From Candidatus Poribacteria bacterium (GTDB lineage Bacteria > Poribacteria > WGA-4E > PCPOR2b): DNA of 64,000 nucleotides. The notes beneath the pieces were generated by a model. The model saw nothing but the letters and a program-made list of their open reading frames with translations, had not been told where the DNA came from and made no database searches. Every line of letters starts with the position of its first letter. Positions within the stretch are counted from its first letter, which is position 1. The translations under genes were made by a program, and so were the position numbers. The stretch is taken from contig OZ242326.1 in NCBI GenBank assembly GCA_965208325.1, positions 1,088,001 through 1,152,000 of the forward strand, given 5' to 3'. This document shows, piece by piece, positions 19,592 to 29,222 of this stretch.

Positions 19592-20212
19592 ATGGTTCAA
19601 CAAAAGGCAACAAATGTCACCTGGTTTGAAGGTATTGTCACGCAGAACGCCAGGGAAAACCTTCTCGATCAGAGTGGGTGCGTGCTCTGGTTCACAGGGC
19701 TTTCCGGATCTGGAAAGTCCACACTTGCCATTGAAGTCGAAAATGTACTGTACCAGCGCGGACATTTAACCTACGTCCTTGATGGTGATAACGTCCGCCA
19801 CGGCTTGAACAAAAATCTCGGCTTTTCACCCGAAGATCGGGCTGAAAATATCCGGCGCATCGGCGAAGTTTCCAGGTTATTTGTCGATGCCGGCGTCATC
19901 GTAATGACAGCTTTCATTTCACCCTACCGCACGGATCGGGATAACGCACGAGCGCTGGTGAGTGAAGGCCGGTTCATTGAAATTTTTGTCGATTGTGCCA
20001 TTGAGGTCTGTGAGGAACGGGACACGAAAGGGCTGTACAAGCGCGCGCGTGCCGGTGAAATCAAGGAATTTACCGGAATCAGCGCTCCCTATGAACCGCC
20101 AATTCATCCGGAAATCACATTAAATACGGACGCACAGAGCATCGCAGAAAGCACAAAACGGGTGCTTGATTTCCTTGAGCAAAAGAACATAGTTCCGGCG
20201 GCCGTGGAATAA
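19592..20212 (+). CDS. cysC: Adenylyl-sulfate kinase
   Basis: WFTGLSGSGKST, LDGDNVRHGL, FISPY, KGLY..AR.GEI..FTGI motifs. Confidence 0.97.
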   Translation: MVQQKATNVTWFEGIVTQNARENLLDQSGCVLWFTGLSGSGKSTLAIEVENVLYQRGHLTYVLDGDNVRHGLNKNLGFSPEDRAENIRRIGEVSRLFVDAGVIVMTAFISPYRTDRDNARALVSEGRFIEIFVDCAIEVCEERDTKGLYKRARAGEIKEFTGISAPYEPPIHPEITLNTDAQSIAESTKRVLDFLEQKNIVPAAVE

Positions 20213-20441
20213 CCGCATGTCAATAGCGGGAAGATTTCGGCGGCAAAATTTGAATCGCCGCCAATAAAAAAGGCATCTACGATTGTCACGGCGAATTATT
20301 TTCTGCGCTCCCTTTTTGAGAGCCGCACACGCCGTGCCACGCAGACGCCTTTCAATTGTTCTTTTTCTTTACACGAATCCGTCAGTCCGTTGAGTCCTTC
20401 GACCGAGCGAATGGGTGAGTCAGCGATATTTAAACTGCCGC

Positions 20442-20639
20442 TCAACGATTGTCATAATAGCTGCGGGATTTGAGTTTTCGCTGCCGTTTCAATTCGAGCC
20501 GCCGCCGTTTCTCGCTCGGCTTTTCATAGAAACTGCGCTTCTTGATTTCCGTGACAATACCTGCCTTGCCACACATTTTTTTAAATCGGGCGAGGGCTCT
20601 GTCAAATGTTTCGTCTGGTCCAACCGTAACTTGAATCAT
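20442..20639 (-). CDS. rpsU: 30S ribosomal protein S21
   Basis: ALARFKK...EIKKRSFYEKPSEKRR signature; AAGGAAGG RBS. Confidence 0.95.
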   Translation of the reverse strand: MIQVTVGPDETFDRALARFKKMCGKAGIVTEIKKRSFYEKPSEKRRRLELKRQRKLKSRSYYDNR

Positions 20640-20923
20640 ATTTTTGTTCTACCCTTCCTTCGATACTCAGCCTTCAGTACCTAGGCGCAATAGCGCAGCA
20701 AATTGTTTTATTTAATAGCCACGCCGTCAGACGACCTAGCACGAAATTCCAAGCTTAAATTTTGTTGTCTACATTAGATGCCATATTATATCAAATGGTT
20801 CTTATTTTCTCAACACAAAAATCGGCTTCGGAACAAATTTCAAATCTGACCCAAGAGTGCCTTAGCTTCAAAACCCACTCAACTGAGTGCTGAACCACAG
20901 CCTTGGCGGGGGTTGAATCGATA

Positions 20924-21907
20924 ATGAACGCACAGCCGCAAGCGCGCATAGATCTCAATGATATCCAACGTATCTTGATTCTCCGTATGGGACCGCTCGG
21001 CGAGACTATCCTGACGACGCCCGTAATTCGCGCGCTGCGCACCCGTTTCCCAAACGCGTACATGGCTTATATGGTCGCACCGGATCGAGAACAGCTTGTC
21101 TCTGCCAATCCGTATCTCGACGAGGTCATTACGTACGATATATGCGTACCTAAGTTGGTTTATGGTATAATGAAACGGGCGTTTCAGATGGCGGTCGTCC
21201 TACAACCCACGTTTCGCTTGGTGCTGCACACATTCCTTGCGCGCATCCCGTTTCGAGTCGGCTTCGAGACCAACTGTTGCAGCGGAAGATTGCTGCATGT
21301 CGCCGTTCCCAATAACACCGCACAGCACGAAACCAATCGCTATCTTGATGTAGTGCGCGGCATCGGCATCCAGCCGGATAGCGGCGAACCGGAGATGTTC
21401 GTGGATGACCGTGCGCAGCGATGGGCGGACGAATTACTTGTGAACATCGAACTTGATGCTAATCGCCCGCTAATTGGGCTTAACCCGGGCACAGGCTCCG
21501 TTTCGCGTCGTTGGCAAAAAGAGCGGTTTGCGAAGATTGGAAATCTGCTCTATCGGGGACACAATGCACAAATCATAATTACCGGGGGACCTCGTGAAGG
21601 TTCGCTGCCATACGAATTGGCGGATATGATGGGTTGTTCACCGATTGTTCTCACAGGCACAACACCCATGCAACTGGGAGCGGTGATTCAGCGGTGCCGT
21701 CTTTTCATCAGCAACGACACGGGGCCGATGCACATGAGTACCGCGGTAAAAACACCGACAATTGCGCTGTTCGGGTCGTCAAATCCGTCGCGGTGGGGAC
21801 CGTATTGGAATCGACATACAATTATCGCACGAGATAGTATGGACGAAATTGCCGTCAATGACGTGCTGTTAGCAGCTGAGAAACACCTGTCTACGGCCGA
21901 TCGCTAA
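20924..21907 (+). CDS. Glycosyltransferase family 9 (heptosyltransferase-like)
   Basis: RILILRMGPLGE, LNPG....RRW, NDTGPMH, TIALFG motifs. Confidence 0.92.
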   Translation: MNAQPQARIDLNDIQRILILRMGPLGETILTTPVIRALRTRFPNAYMAYMVAPDREQLVSANPYLDEVITYDICVPKLVYGIMKRAFQMAVVLQPTFRLVLHTFLARIPFRVGFETNCCSGRLLHVAVPNNTAQHETNRYLDVVRGIGIQPDSGEPEMFVDDRAQRWADELLVNIELDANRPLIGLNPGTGSVSRRWQKERFAKIGNLLYRGHNAQIIITGGPREGSLPYELADMMGCSPIVLTGTTPMQLGAVIQRCRLFISNDTGPMHMSTAVKTPTIALFGSSNPSRWGPYWNRHTIIARDSMDEIAVNDVLLAAEKHLSTADR

Positions 21908-21937
21908 AGACAAAAGCAACACTAAAAAGGGGATGTC

Positions 21938-23404
21938 ATGCGCACCGCCATCCAAAACCAACCCGAGCAGATTATCGAAAGCCGCCTTATTGAAATTCGG
22001 CGGCGAATGCACTTGAACTCGTTCCTGAGCCATCTCGCGCGTTTTGGGTTCTGGGGGCTTCTCATTGCCGGAATCCTTCTCATCCTCAATCGGCTCTTCC
22101 CGCTGCCGATTCCAGTCAGTCTTGCTGCACCGCTTCCCCTCGCCGTCGGATTCGCCGCAGCGCTGTGCCTTTCCCTGTTGCGCAAATCAAATCTTTTCGC
22201 CGTTGCGCGCGCCGTGGACACCCGTCTAAATCTAAAGGAACGCCTCAGTACCGCGCTTGAAGCCATCCATAGCGCGAAGTCGGACGATAACTTTCTCCGT
22301 TTGCAAATTAAAGATGCAGGAGATGTTGCTCGGGCGATCGACTCGGGGGCGTCCTTTCCGTACACCTCCCCGCCAACGCTCAAGTGGATCCCAATCGCCC
22401 TCTTGCTCATCGCCTCCGCTTTTGTGATTCCTCAAATGTATGAACCGCCGCCTCCGCTGTCCGCAGCCGAGCGCGCAGCCATAAATCAAGCCGCAGAAAC
22501 GCTCGAATCAGAGCGAAACGCGGTTCCCGATACCGACCTCGCGATTAAAATACGGGATACCATCGGAAAATTGCGTCATAGTGACATTAATGCCAATCGG
22601 TCGCAAGCGGAGTTGAGCGCACTGCGTGATGAAATCCGAGCCAAAAAAAGCCTGGTTGAAAGTGGAATAGCTAGACTTGCAAAGGCGGTTTCTGATACGG
22701 ACGAACTGTCCAAACATTTCAAAGGCAACACCGCGGGCGAAATCGCCTCGGACATAGAAAAACTCGCGGCGCAGATGAATGATCTTACGCCCGCACAACG
22801 GGCGGAATTGGAGACGATGCTGAAAAAGATTGCCCAAAGTCTCGGTGATAACCCCGCGATGGAAAATCTGATGAATCTGTTGCCGGAGCTTCAGTCAGAA
22901 GCCGTGAGTGCCGAAATGCTTCAGCGAATCGCGCAGGCACTCCTTCAAAGTACAGATGAAATTGCCCAGTTGGATGAGCTGTTGCAACAAATAAGGACGA
23001 ATCGCCGTAACATTGCGTTAGCCGGTATAGAGTTGGATCGAAAATCACCGAGCGTGGCGGGCGGCGGTAGCGGCTCCGGCGAAGTTTCAGATGCAGCGGA
23101 ATCTCCAGATTCAGTGAGTGGGGCAAAACCCCAGCCGCTCAATCCCCCAACGGACAATCCCTTAACCAATCTCGAACTCACAGCTCCCCCATCCGACTCG
23201 CAGGCGTTTACACAGGTCTACGTTGATGAAGACCCCACCGGCGACGGTGAGCCTACCTACATGCCCTACCGCGAAGTCTATCTCCACGCCCAACAAGCCT
23301 ACGCCCAAGCCATAGAAAGAGATGAAATACCAGTAAAATATCGGGAACAAGTCAAGGCTTACCTAGAAGCCATCGCCAACCTAGATAACAAAGACTCACA
23401 ATAA
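21938..23404 (+). CDS. Membrane protein with long coiled-coil region, function unknown
   Basis: N-terminal TM helices, LKERLSTALE motif, helical region, acidic G/S-rich linker, C-terminal IPVKYREQVKAYLE. Confidence 0.75.
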   Translation: MRTAIQNQPEQIIESRLIEIRRRMHLNSFLSHLARFGFWGLLIAGILLILNRLFPLPIPVSLAAPLPLAVGFAAALCLSLLRKSNLFAVARAVDTRLNLKERLSTALEAIHSAKSDDNFLRLQIKDAGDVARAIDSGASFPYTSPPTLKWIPIALLLIASAFVIPQMYEPPPPLSAAERAAINQAAETLESERNAVPDTDLAIKIRDTIGKLRHSDINANRSQAELSALRDEIRAKKSLVESGIARLAKAVSDTDELSKHFKGNTAGEIASDIEKLAAQMNDLTPAQRAELETMLKKIAQSLGDNPAMENLMNLLPELQSEAVSAEMLQRIAQALLQSTDEIAQLDELLQQIRTNRRNIALAGIELDRKSPSVAGGGSGSGEVSDAAESPDSVSGAKPQPLNPPTDNPLTNLELTAPPSDSQAFTQVYVDEDPTGDGEPTYMPYREVYLHAQQAYAQAIERDEIPVKYREQVKAYLEAIANLDNKDSQ

Positions 23405-23410
23405 TCTCTC

Positions 23411-24924
23411 GTAGGTTCGGTAGGAGCCATCTCCGCATCGCGACCCTCATTTAAAACCGAGTTTTTTCTTCAAAACTCGGTTTTTTAAACGCAACTTTTG
23501 TAGGTTGGGTTAAACGGTGATGACGAAAGAGAGTATATTCGCTGTATGCGATTCAAAATTAGAAAGCGTTTGAAATTTTGATATGATGTAGCGAAACCCA
23601 ACGATCAACTGAGCGAATAGATCGAGCGACCGTATAAGGAGTGCGATAGAACTCTTCGGCGATAGTCTTCAGCATAAAAATCGTGCGACCACCTGATCAT
23701 TTCCTGCTCCCTTAAAAATAGCCCATCATTTAGTCCCACAAATCGCAATTCAGACAATCTTTTTGCGTTCGGTAGGAGCAATCTCCGAATCGCGACCCTC
23801 ATTCAAAACCGAGTTTTTTCTTCAAAACTCGGTTTTTCAAACGCAACTTTTGTAGGTTGGGTAAAGTGGATAATCCCAAGACTGTTCCGACAGCATTAAC
23901 CGTTCAGGACGTTAATCATTGCTCATTGCACATCACGTGTAGCGAAACCCAACGATCAACTGAGCGAATAGCGAAGGCGATAGTCTTCAGCATAAAAAAT
24001 CTTGCGACCGCCTGATGATTTCCTGCTCCCTTAAAAATAGCCCATCATTTAGTCCCACAAGTCACAGTTCAGACAATCTTTTTGCGTTCGGTAGGAGCGA
24101 TCTCCGAATCGCGACCCTTATTTAAAACCGAGTTTTTTCTTCAAATCTCGGTTTTTTAAACGCAGCTTTTGTAGGTTGGGTAGAGCGGATAATCCCATAA
24201 CCGTTCCGATAGCGTTAACCGGTCAGGACGTTAATCATTGCTCATTGCAAATTACGCATAGCGAAACCCAACGTTTTTGAAACCTTTCGACACCGAAAGG
24301 CGGACGCCACCACCAGAACGATGGGAATAACCCTTATTTAAAACCGAGTTTTTTCTTCAAAACTCGGTTTTTTAATCGCAGCTCTTGTAGGTTGGGTAGA
24401 GCGGATAATCCCATAACCGTTCCGATAGCGTTAACCGGTCAGGACGTTAATCATTGCTCATTGCAAATTACGCATAGCGAAACCCAACGATTTTGAAACC
24501 TTTCGACACCTAAAGGCGGACGCCACCACCAGAACGATGGGAATAACCCTTATTTAAAACCGAGTTTTTTCTTCAAAACTCGGTTTTTTAATCGCAGCTC
24601 TTGTAGGTTGGGTAGAGCGGATTATCCCAAAACCGTTCAGATAGCATAAACCGTCCACGACGTTTATCATTGCTCATTGCAAATTACGCATAGCGAAACC
24701 CAACGATTTTGAAACCTTTCGACACCTAAAGGCGGACGCCACCACCAGAACGATGGGAATAACCCTTGTTTAAAACCGAGTTTTTTTCTTCAAAACTCGG
24801 TTTTTTAATCGCAGCTCTTGTAGGTTGGGTAGAGCGGTAATCCCAAAACCGTTCAGATAGCATAAACCGTCCACGACGTTTATCATTGCTCATTGCACAT
24901 TACGCATAGCGAAACCCAACCTAC
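23411..24924. repeat. Six-unit composite palindromic tandem array
   Basis: Palindrome AAAACCGAGTTTT-TTCTTC-AAAACTCGGTTTT at 23453, 23805, 24124, 24340, 24556, 24772 (periods 352, 319, 216, 216, 216), each followed by GTAGGTTGGGT...GCGAAACCCAAC. Confidence 0.97.
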
Positions 24925-24945
24925 AGCATCGCCGCGCAATCCTAT

Positions 24946-24975
24946 TTGCATATAATTTTTACTATATGGTACAAT
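24946..24975 (+). promoter_or_regulatory. Putative sigma70 promoter for hsdM
   Basis: TTGCAT-N18-TACAAT with extended TGn, about 50 bp upstream of hsdM. Confidence 0.45.
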
Positions 24976-25023
24976 TCCGAACAATTCATTTCGATCCATC
25001 TTTATATCTTGTGAGGTTTTTCT

Positions 25024-26583
25024 GTGAACACCAACCAATCCGAAATCGAACGGCGGCTGTGGAGCGCCGCCGATGAACTCCGCGCCAATTCACGGCTGCG
25101 GCCGTCTGAATATTCAACGCCGGTTCTCGGTCTAATCTTCCTTCGCTACGCCGACCACAGGTTCACGCAGACAGAATCCGAAATAAACCGCGAACCGACC
25201 GCGGGGCGGCGCAGACGCGCAGACAAAACCGAATTTCAGGCGCGCGGCGCATTCTACCTCCCAGAGACCGCACGATTCAATCATCTCCTAAACCTACCGG
25301 AGAGCGAAAACATCGGGCAAGCGATCAACAACGCCATGAGGGCAATCGAAGAGGAAAACAGACAGGTTGACGGCGTCCTGCCCAAGACCTACAACCGGCT
25401 CGAAAAGGCCACGCTGCTTGAACTGCTCCGCATCATGGAACGTATTCCGATGGACATTGAGGGCGACGCCTTCGGCAAAGTCTACGAATATTTCCTCGGC
25501 AACTTCGCCATGACCGAAGGCGCGCGCGGCGGCGAGTTTTTCACCCCAACCTCGCTCGTTAAGCTAATCGTCGAAATCATCGAACCGTTCCAAGGACGCA
25601 TCCTCGACCCCGCCTGCGGCTCCGGTGGCATGTTCGTCCAGAGCGCCGATTTCGTGCAGCGGCACCGCGAAAACGGTAACGGGCAAATCAGCATCCACGG
25701 AATCGAACGCGTCGCTGAGACTATCCGCCTGTGCAAGATGAACCTCGCCGTCCACGGACTCGAAGGCGACATCAAGCAGGCAAATAGCTACTACGATGAC
25801 GCGCACCGCGCCTTTGAAAAATTCGACTTCGTCATGGCGAATCCCCCCTTCAACGTTGACCGCGTGGACAGGGAACGTATCAAAGACGACCCGCGTTTCC
25901 CGTTCGGCATGCCCCGTGTGGACAACGCCAACTATCTCTGGATTCAACTCTTTTTCAGCACGCTTAACACCTTCGGACGCGCCGGCTTTGTAATGGCGAA
26001 CTCCGCAGCCGACGCCCGCGCCTCAGAGCTGGAAATCCGCCGGCAATTTATCGAATCCCGCGCCGTTGATGTCATGGTCAGCATTGGGTCTAACTTCTTC
26101 TACACCGTTACGCTGCCCTGCACCCTCTGGTTCTTCGACAAGTCGAAAGCGCACGGCGATAGGCGGGATACTGTGTTGTTCATCGATGCCCGCCACATTT
26201 ATCATCAAGTCAGCCGCGCACATCGCGAGTTTACACCCAAACAACTGGAGTTTCTAGCCAACATTGTCCGGCTGCATCGCGGCAAACCGCCCGAAAACCG
26301 GCACGACAGTGCGGAACTGATGGGGTCGAAGTTCACCGATGGCGCGTATGCCGACGTGCCCGGTCTCTGTAAAGTCGCGTCAATTTCGGAAATCGAAGCG
26401 CAAGGCTGGAGCCTCAACCCCGGACGATACGTCGGCGTCGCCGATCGCGAGGCGGATGCCTTCGACTTCGCCGAGCGGTTGGGCGAACTCAACGAGGAAC
26501 TCGAAATCCTGAACGCCGAAGCGCATCAGTTAGAAGAACGTATCGGTGAGAATGTAACCATGATTTTGGAGGAGGCGAGGTAA
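25024..26583 (+). CDS. hsdM: Type I restriction-modification N6-adenine methyltransferase subunit
   Basis: [35 protein letters not shown] and WSLNPGRYV motifs. Confidence 0.96.
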   Translation: MNTNQSEIERRLWSAADELRANSRLRPSEYSTPVLGLIFLRYADHRFTQTESEINREPTAGRRRRADKTEFQARGAFYLPETARFNHLLNLPESENIGQAINNAMRAIEEENRQVDGVLPKTYNRLEKATLLELLRIMERIPMDIEGDAFGKVYEYFLGNFAMTEGARGGEFFTPTSLVKLIVEIIEPFQGRILDPACGSGGMFVQSADFVQRHRENGNGQISIHGIERVAETIRLCKMNLAVHGLEGDIKQANSYYDDAHRAFEKFDFVMANPPFNVDRVDRERIKDDPRFPFGMPRVDNANYLWIQLFFSTLNTFGRAGFVMANSAADARASELEIRRQFIESRAVDVMVSIGSNFFYTVTLPCTLWFFDKSKAHGDRRDTVLFIDARHIYHQVSRAHREFTPKQLEFLANIVRLHRGKPPENRHDSAELMGSKFTDGAYADVPGLCKVASISEIEAQGWSLNPGRYVGVADREADAFDFAERLGELNEELEILNAEAHQLEERIGENVTMILEEAR

Positions 26584-26585
26584 GT

Positions 26586-27018
26586 TGTTAGAATCAGGAT
26601 ACTCAGGATAGGAGGATTTTCAGGATGATCGAGGATAAACTGACATATCAAATCATCGGTTGCGCAATGGAAGTACATAAAGCCCTTGGGAACGGTTTTC
26701 AGGAAGTAATTTATCAGCGGTGTCTCGCAATTGAGTTGGACAGGGCTAGGCTCAGTTTTGGTCGAGAGGTGGAGCAACCTATCTTTTATCGGGGTGTTGA
26801 AATAGGAACTAGAAGAGCCGATTTTATTGTCGCCAATCGTGTCGTCGTTGAATTAAAAGCTTTGACTGCCCTTGAGGACGTTCATATTGCACAAGCTAAA
26901 AACTATGTGGTTGCTTACAACTTTGAAATCGGGCTTCTGATTAATTTCGGTGCGATTCGTTTAGAATACAAACGCATATTCAACGATAAAAAGAACCCCG
27001 TGAATCCAAATTCAGACG
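26586..27018 (+). mobile_element. Putative element: GxxExxY gene enclosed by inverted GGAT-periodic arms
   Basis: Left arm TGTTAGAATCAGGATACTCAGGATAGGAGGATTTTCAGGAT overlaps the start codon; degenerate right arm AACCCCGTGAATCCAAATTCAGACG lies inside the 3' end of the ORF. Confidence 0.55.
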
Positions 27019-27032
27019 AGGAGCCGAAATGA
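26625..27032 (+). CDS. GxxExxY protein (PD-(D/E)XK nuclease-like)
   Basis: LGNGFQEVIYQ (GxxExxY), RADFIV...VVELK nuclease-like motif, GLLINFG; 135 aa. Confidence 0.93.
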   Translation: MIEDKLTYQIIGCAMEVHKALGNGFQEVIYQRCLAIELDRARLSFGREVEQPIFYRGVEIGTRRADFIVANRVVVELKALTALEDVHIAQAKNYVVAYNFEIGLLINFGAIRLEYKRIFNDKKNPVNPNSDEEPK

Positions 27033-27053
27033 TTTCGGACGACGGGGTGTGAA

Positions 27054-27127
27054 TGGTCAGAATCAGGCTACCAGGATACTCAGAATGACGACAGTGACAG
27101 CCAATCCTGTAAATCCTGATTCAGACA
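27054..27127. repeat. Gene-less mini-element with the same inverted arms
   Basis: GGTCAGAATCAGGCTACCAGGATACTCAGAAT ... AATCCTGTAAATCCTGATTCAGACA. Confidence 0.8.
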
Positions 27128-27527
27128 GAATTCTGCAACATTTTAAAAGGAGGCGATGTAAAACCAGAAATATCCAAAATTTTGTGAGGTTTTGTGACAT
27201 ACACGGAAGTTTCGGCAAAACTGATGATCCGCTAAAACCGCATCACAAGCGGATTTTAGCGAATTTTACAAGTCCCATTTTCCACGTCACAGACCGCCTC
27301 ACACATTGTGACAAAGTGTGACGTGAGACTAAAATTATGATAACGCCAAAAATCCGCCGAACCCTTATGATAAGCGGACTAACACGGATTTCACTGATGA
27401 AAAATGATATGTCACACTCAACCTCACATAATGTGACATCGTGTGCGTTTTTGTGACATACGATATTGATGGATAGGCGGGTCACAACCGAGAAAAAATT
27501 ACTACTTCTGTAGAGGAGACTTATAGC

Positions 27528-27814
27528 ATGGATAATGACCGAAAAAAAACACCACCAGCCGCAGCGCTTGTTACGATTCGCAAGTCGCGGCTGTCACCGC
27601 ACGTGCACAAAAGGCGATTGCTGTACTCGACGGGTTGCTCGACAGCGAGGACGAAAAAATCCGCCTTCAAGCCGTTAGTTTACTCCTCAAGTTAACACCT
27701 TCGCTCAAAGAAGCCAATCCTAAATCAACTACGCAGGATTTGAGGGTGTATAGGGAGCTTAGCGATCTTTACAAGCCAATCGGATTGGAGCCCAAATTCC
27801 GCGAAGAAAAATAA
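27528..27814 (+). pseudogene. Small helical protein split at an A8 tract
   Basis: GAGGAG RBS and ATG at 27528; one extra A at 27542-27549 gives a 95-aa ORF containing KAIAVLDGLLDSEDEKIRLQAVSLLLK and ending at TAA 27814. Confidence 0.5.
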
Positions 27815-27915
27815 AACACAGAGCACCACCCTGAACCCTGCATTTCCCTTAACAACGCGGTCAAGGGTTATGTTCATGTGTTTATAAGGAGGTTCTTGGT
27901 AGGTTGGGGTGCAAA

Positions 27916-28023
27916 TTGTCTGAATCAGGATACTCAGGATTATATGATTTTCAGGATAATAAACGGCAGCGGATAGAAAAACTCCTGTAAATCCTTTAAT
28001 CCGGTAAATCCTGATTCAGACAA
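27916..28023. repeat. 108-bp gene-less element with perfect 16-bp terminal inverted repeats
   Basis: TTGTCTGAATCAGGAT ... ATCCTGATTCAGACAA; internal GGAT/ATCC units spaced 9-8-9 on both arms. Confidence 0.9.
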
Positions 28024-28052
28024 AATGTAACGATGATTTCGGAGTAAGCGGT

Positions 28053-29222
28053 GTGATTCCTACGACGAAAATTAAGCATCTTCCGATAGCGATTATTGAC
28101 GGAGACCGATCTAAAAGGTATCCGAAAAGAAGCGAATTTCGTCTCGGTACAAAAATTCAATCAGATAAAAAAAGGGCGGCTCCGACGCCTTGATATCGTG
28201 ATGACCACACGAGGGAGCATTGGAAAAGTGGCACTCTTTGATTGCCAACCTCCTACGGGGTTAATCAATGCACAGATGCTTATTCTGAGAGCCGATGGCG
28301 AGATAATTAATCCCAAATTTCTATTTTATCAGATTTGTAGCGAGGATTTTCAAACGAAGCTGAGAAACTTTGCGTCTGGTTCCGCACAACCACAGATTCC
28401 AATTATAGATTTAATGGAGGTTGAAGTTGCCGTTCCAGATTTACCTGTCCAGCATCAAATCGCCTCCATCCTCAGCGCCTACGACGACCTCATAGATAAC
28501 AACACCCGCCGCATCAAAATCCTTGAAGACATGGCGGCAACTATCTACCGGCAATGGTTCGTCGAATTCCGCTTCCCCGGCCACGAACACGTCCCAATGG
28601 TCGAGTCAGAGTTAGGATTGATACCGCAGGGGTGGGCGGTGAGCACACTCGGAGATTTGGCGGAATCCGTCAGACGTAATATCAAGCCAAGCGATGTAAA
28701 TCAACCAACACCATATTTTGGTTTAGAACACCTACCCCGAAAATCAATCGCCCTTACAAATTGGGCCTCTCCGATTCAATTAACAGTACAAAGTTGGGAT
28801 TCAAAAAGGGCGAAATTCTGTTCAGTAAAATTCGCCCCTATTTTCACAAAGTTGGTGTTGCGCCAATAGATGGCATTTGTTCATCGGATACAATCGTGAT
28901 ACGTCCAATAAAAAACGAATTCTTTGCAATTACCTTGTCTTGCGTTTCAAGTGAGCACTTTATCGAATACGCGACTACAACCTCCCAAGGAACAAAAATG
29001 CCACGAGCCGATTGGAACGTGCTTTCAGATTATCCACTTGTAATGCCACATGATCAAATTGTTCAGCGTTTCCGTGGTTTTGTTGACGATGCGATCGACA
29101 AAATTCAGAATATGATTTTTCGGAACAGAAACCTCCGTCAAACCCGAGACCTTCACCTTCCCAAACTCATCTCTGGTGAGATTGACATATCCGAATTTAA
29201 CATCGACATGGACGGAACATAA
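28053..29222 (+). pseudogene. hsdS: Type I R-M specificity subunit, broken by two frameshifts
   Basis: GTG 28053 gives MIPTTKIKHLPIAIIDGDRSKRYPKRSEF; frame shifts near 28135 into ...GSAQPQI...QHQIASILSAYDDLIDNN...IPQGW; shifts again at 28763 into KGEILFSKIRPYFHK...GTKMPR...LPKLISGEI. Confidence 0.88.

Noticed and set aside
23411..24924. CRISPR array
   Set aside because: Periods of 216-352 bp, inter-palindrome sequences are mostly near-identical rather than unique spacers, and no cas genes are in the window.
26526..27485. ORFs 26526-26777(-), 27049-27321(+) and 27243-27485(-) as genes
   Set aside because: Their peptides (PENPPILSIL, NPVNPDSD) are translations of repeat arms or antisense to real genes.
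28053..29222. Invertible hsdS shufflon
   Set aside because: Only one hsdS, no recombinase gene, and no inverted repeats seen within or after it.
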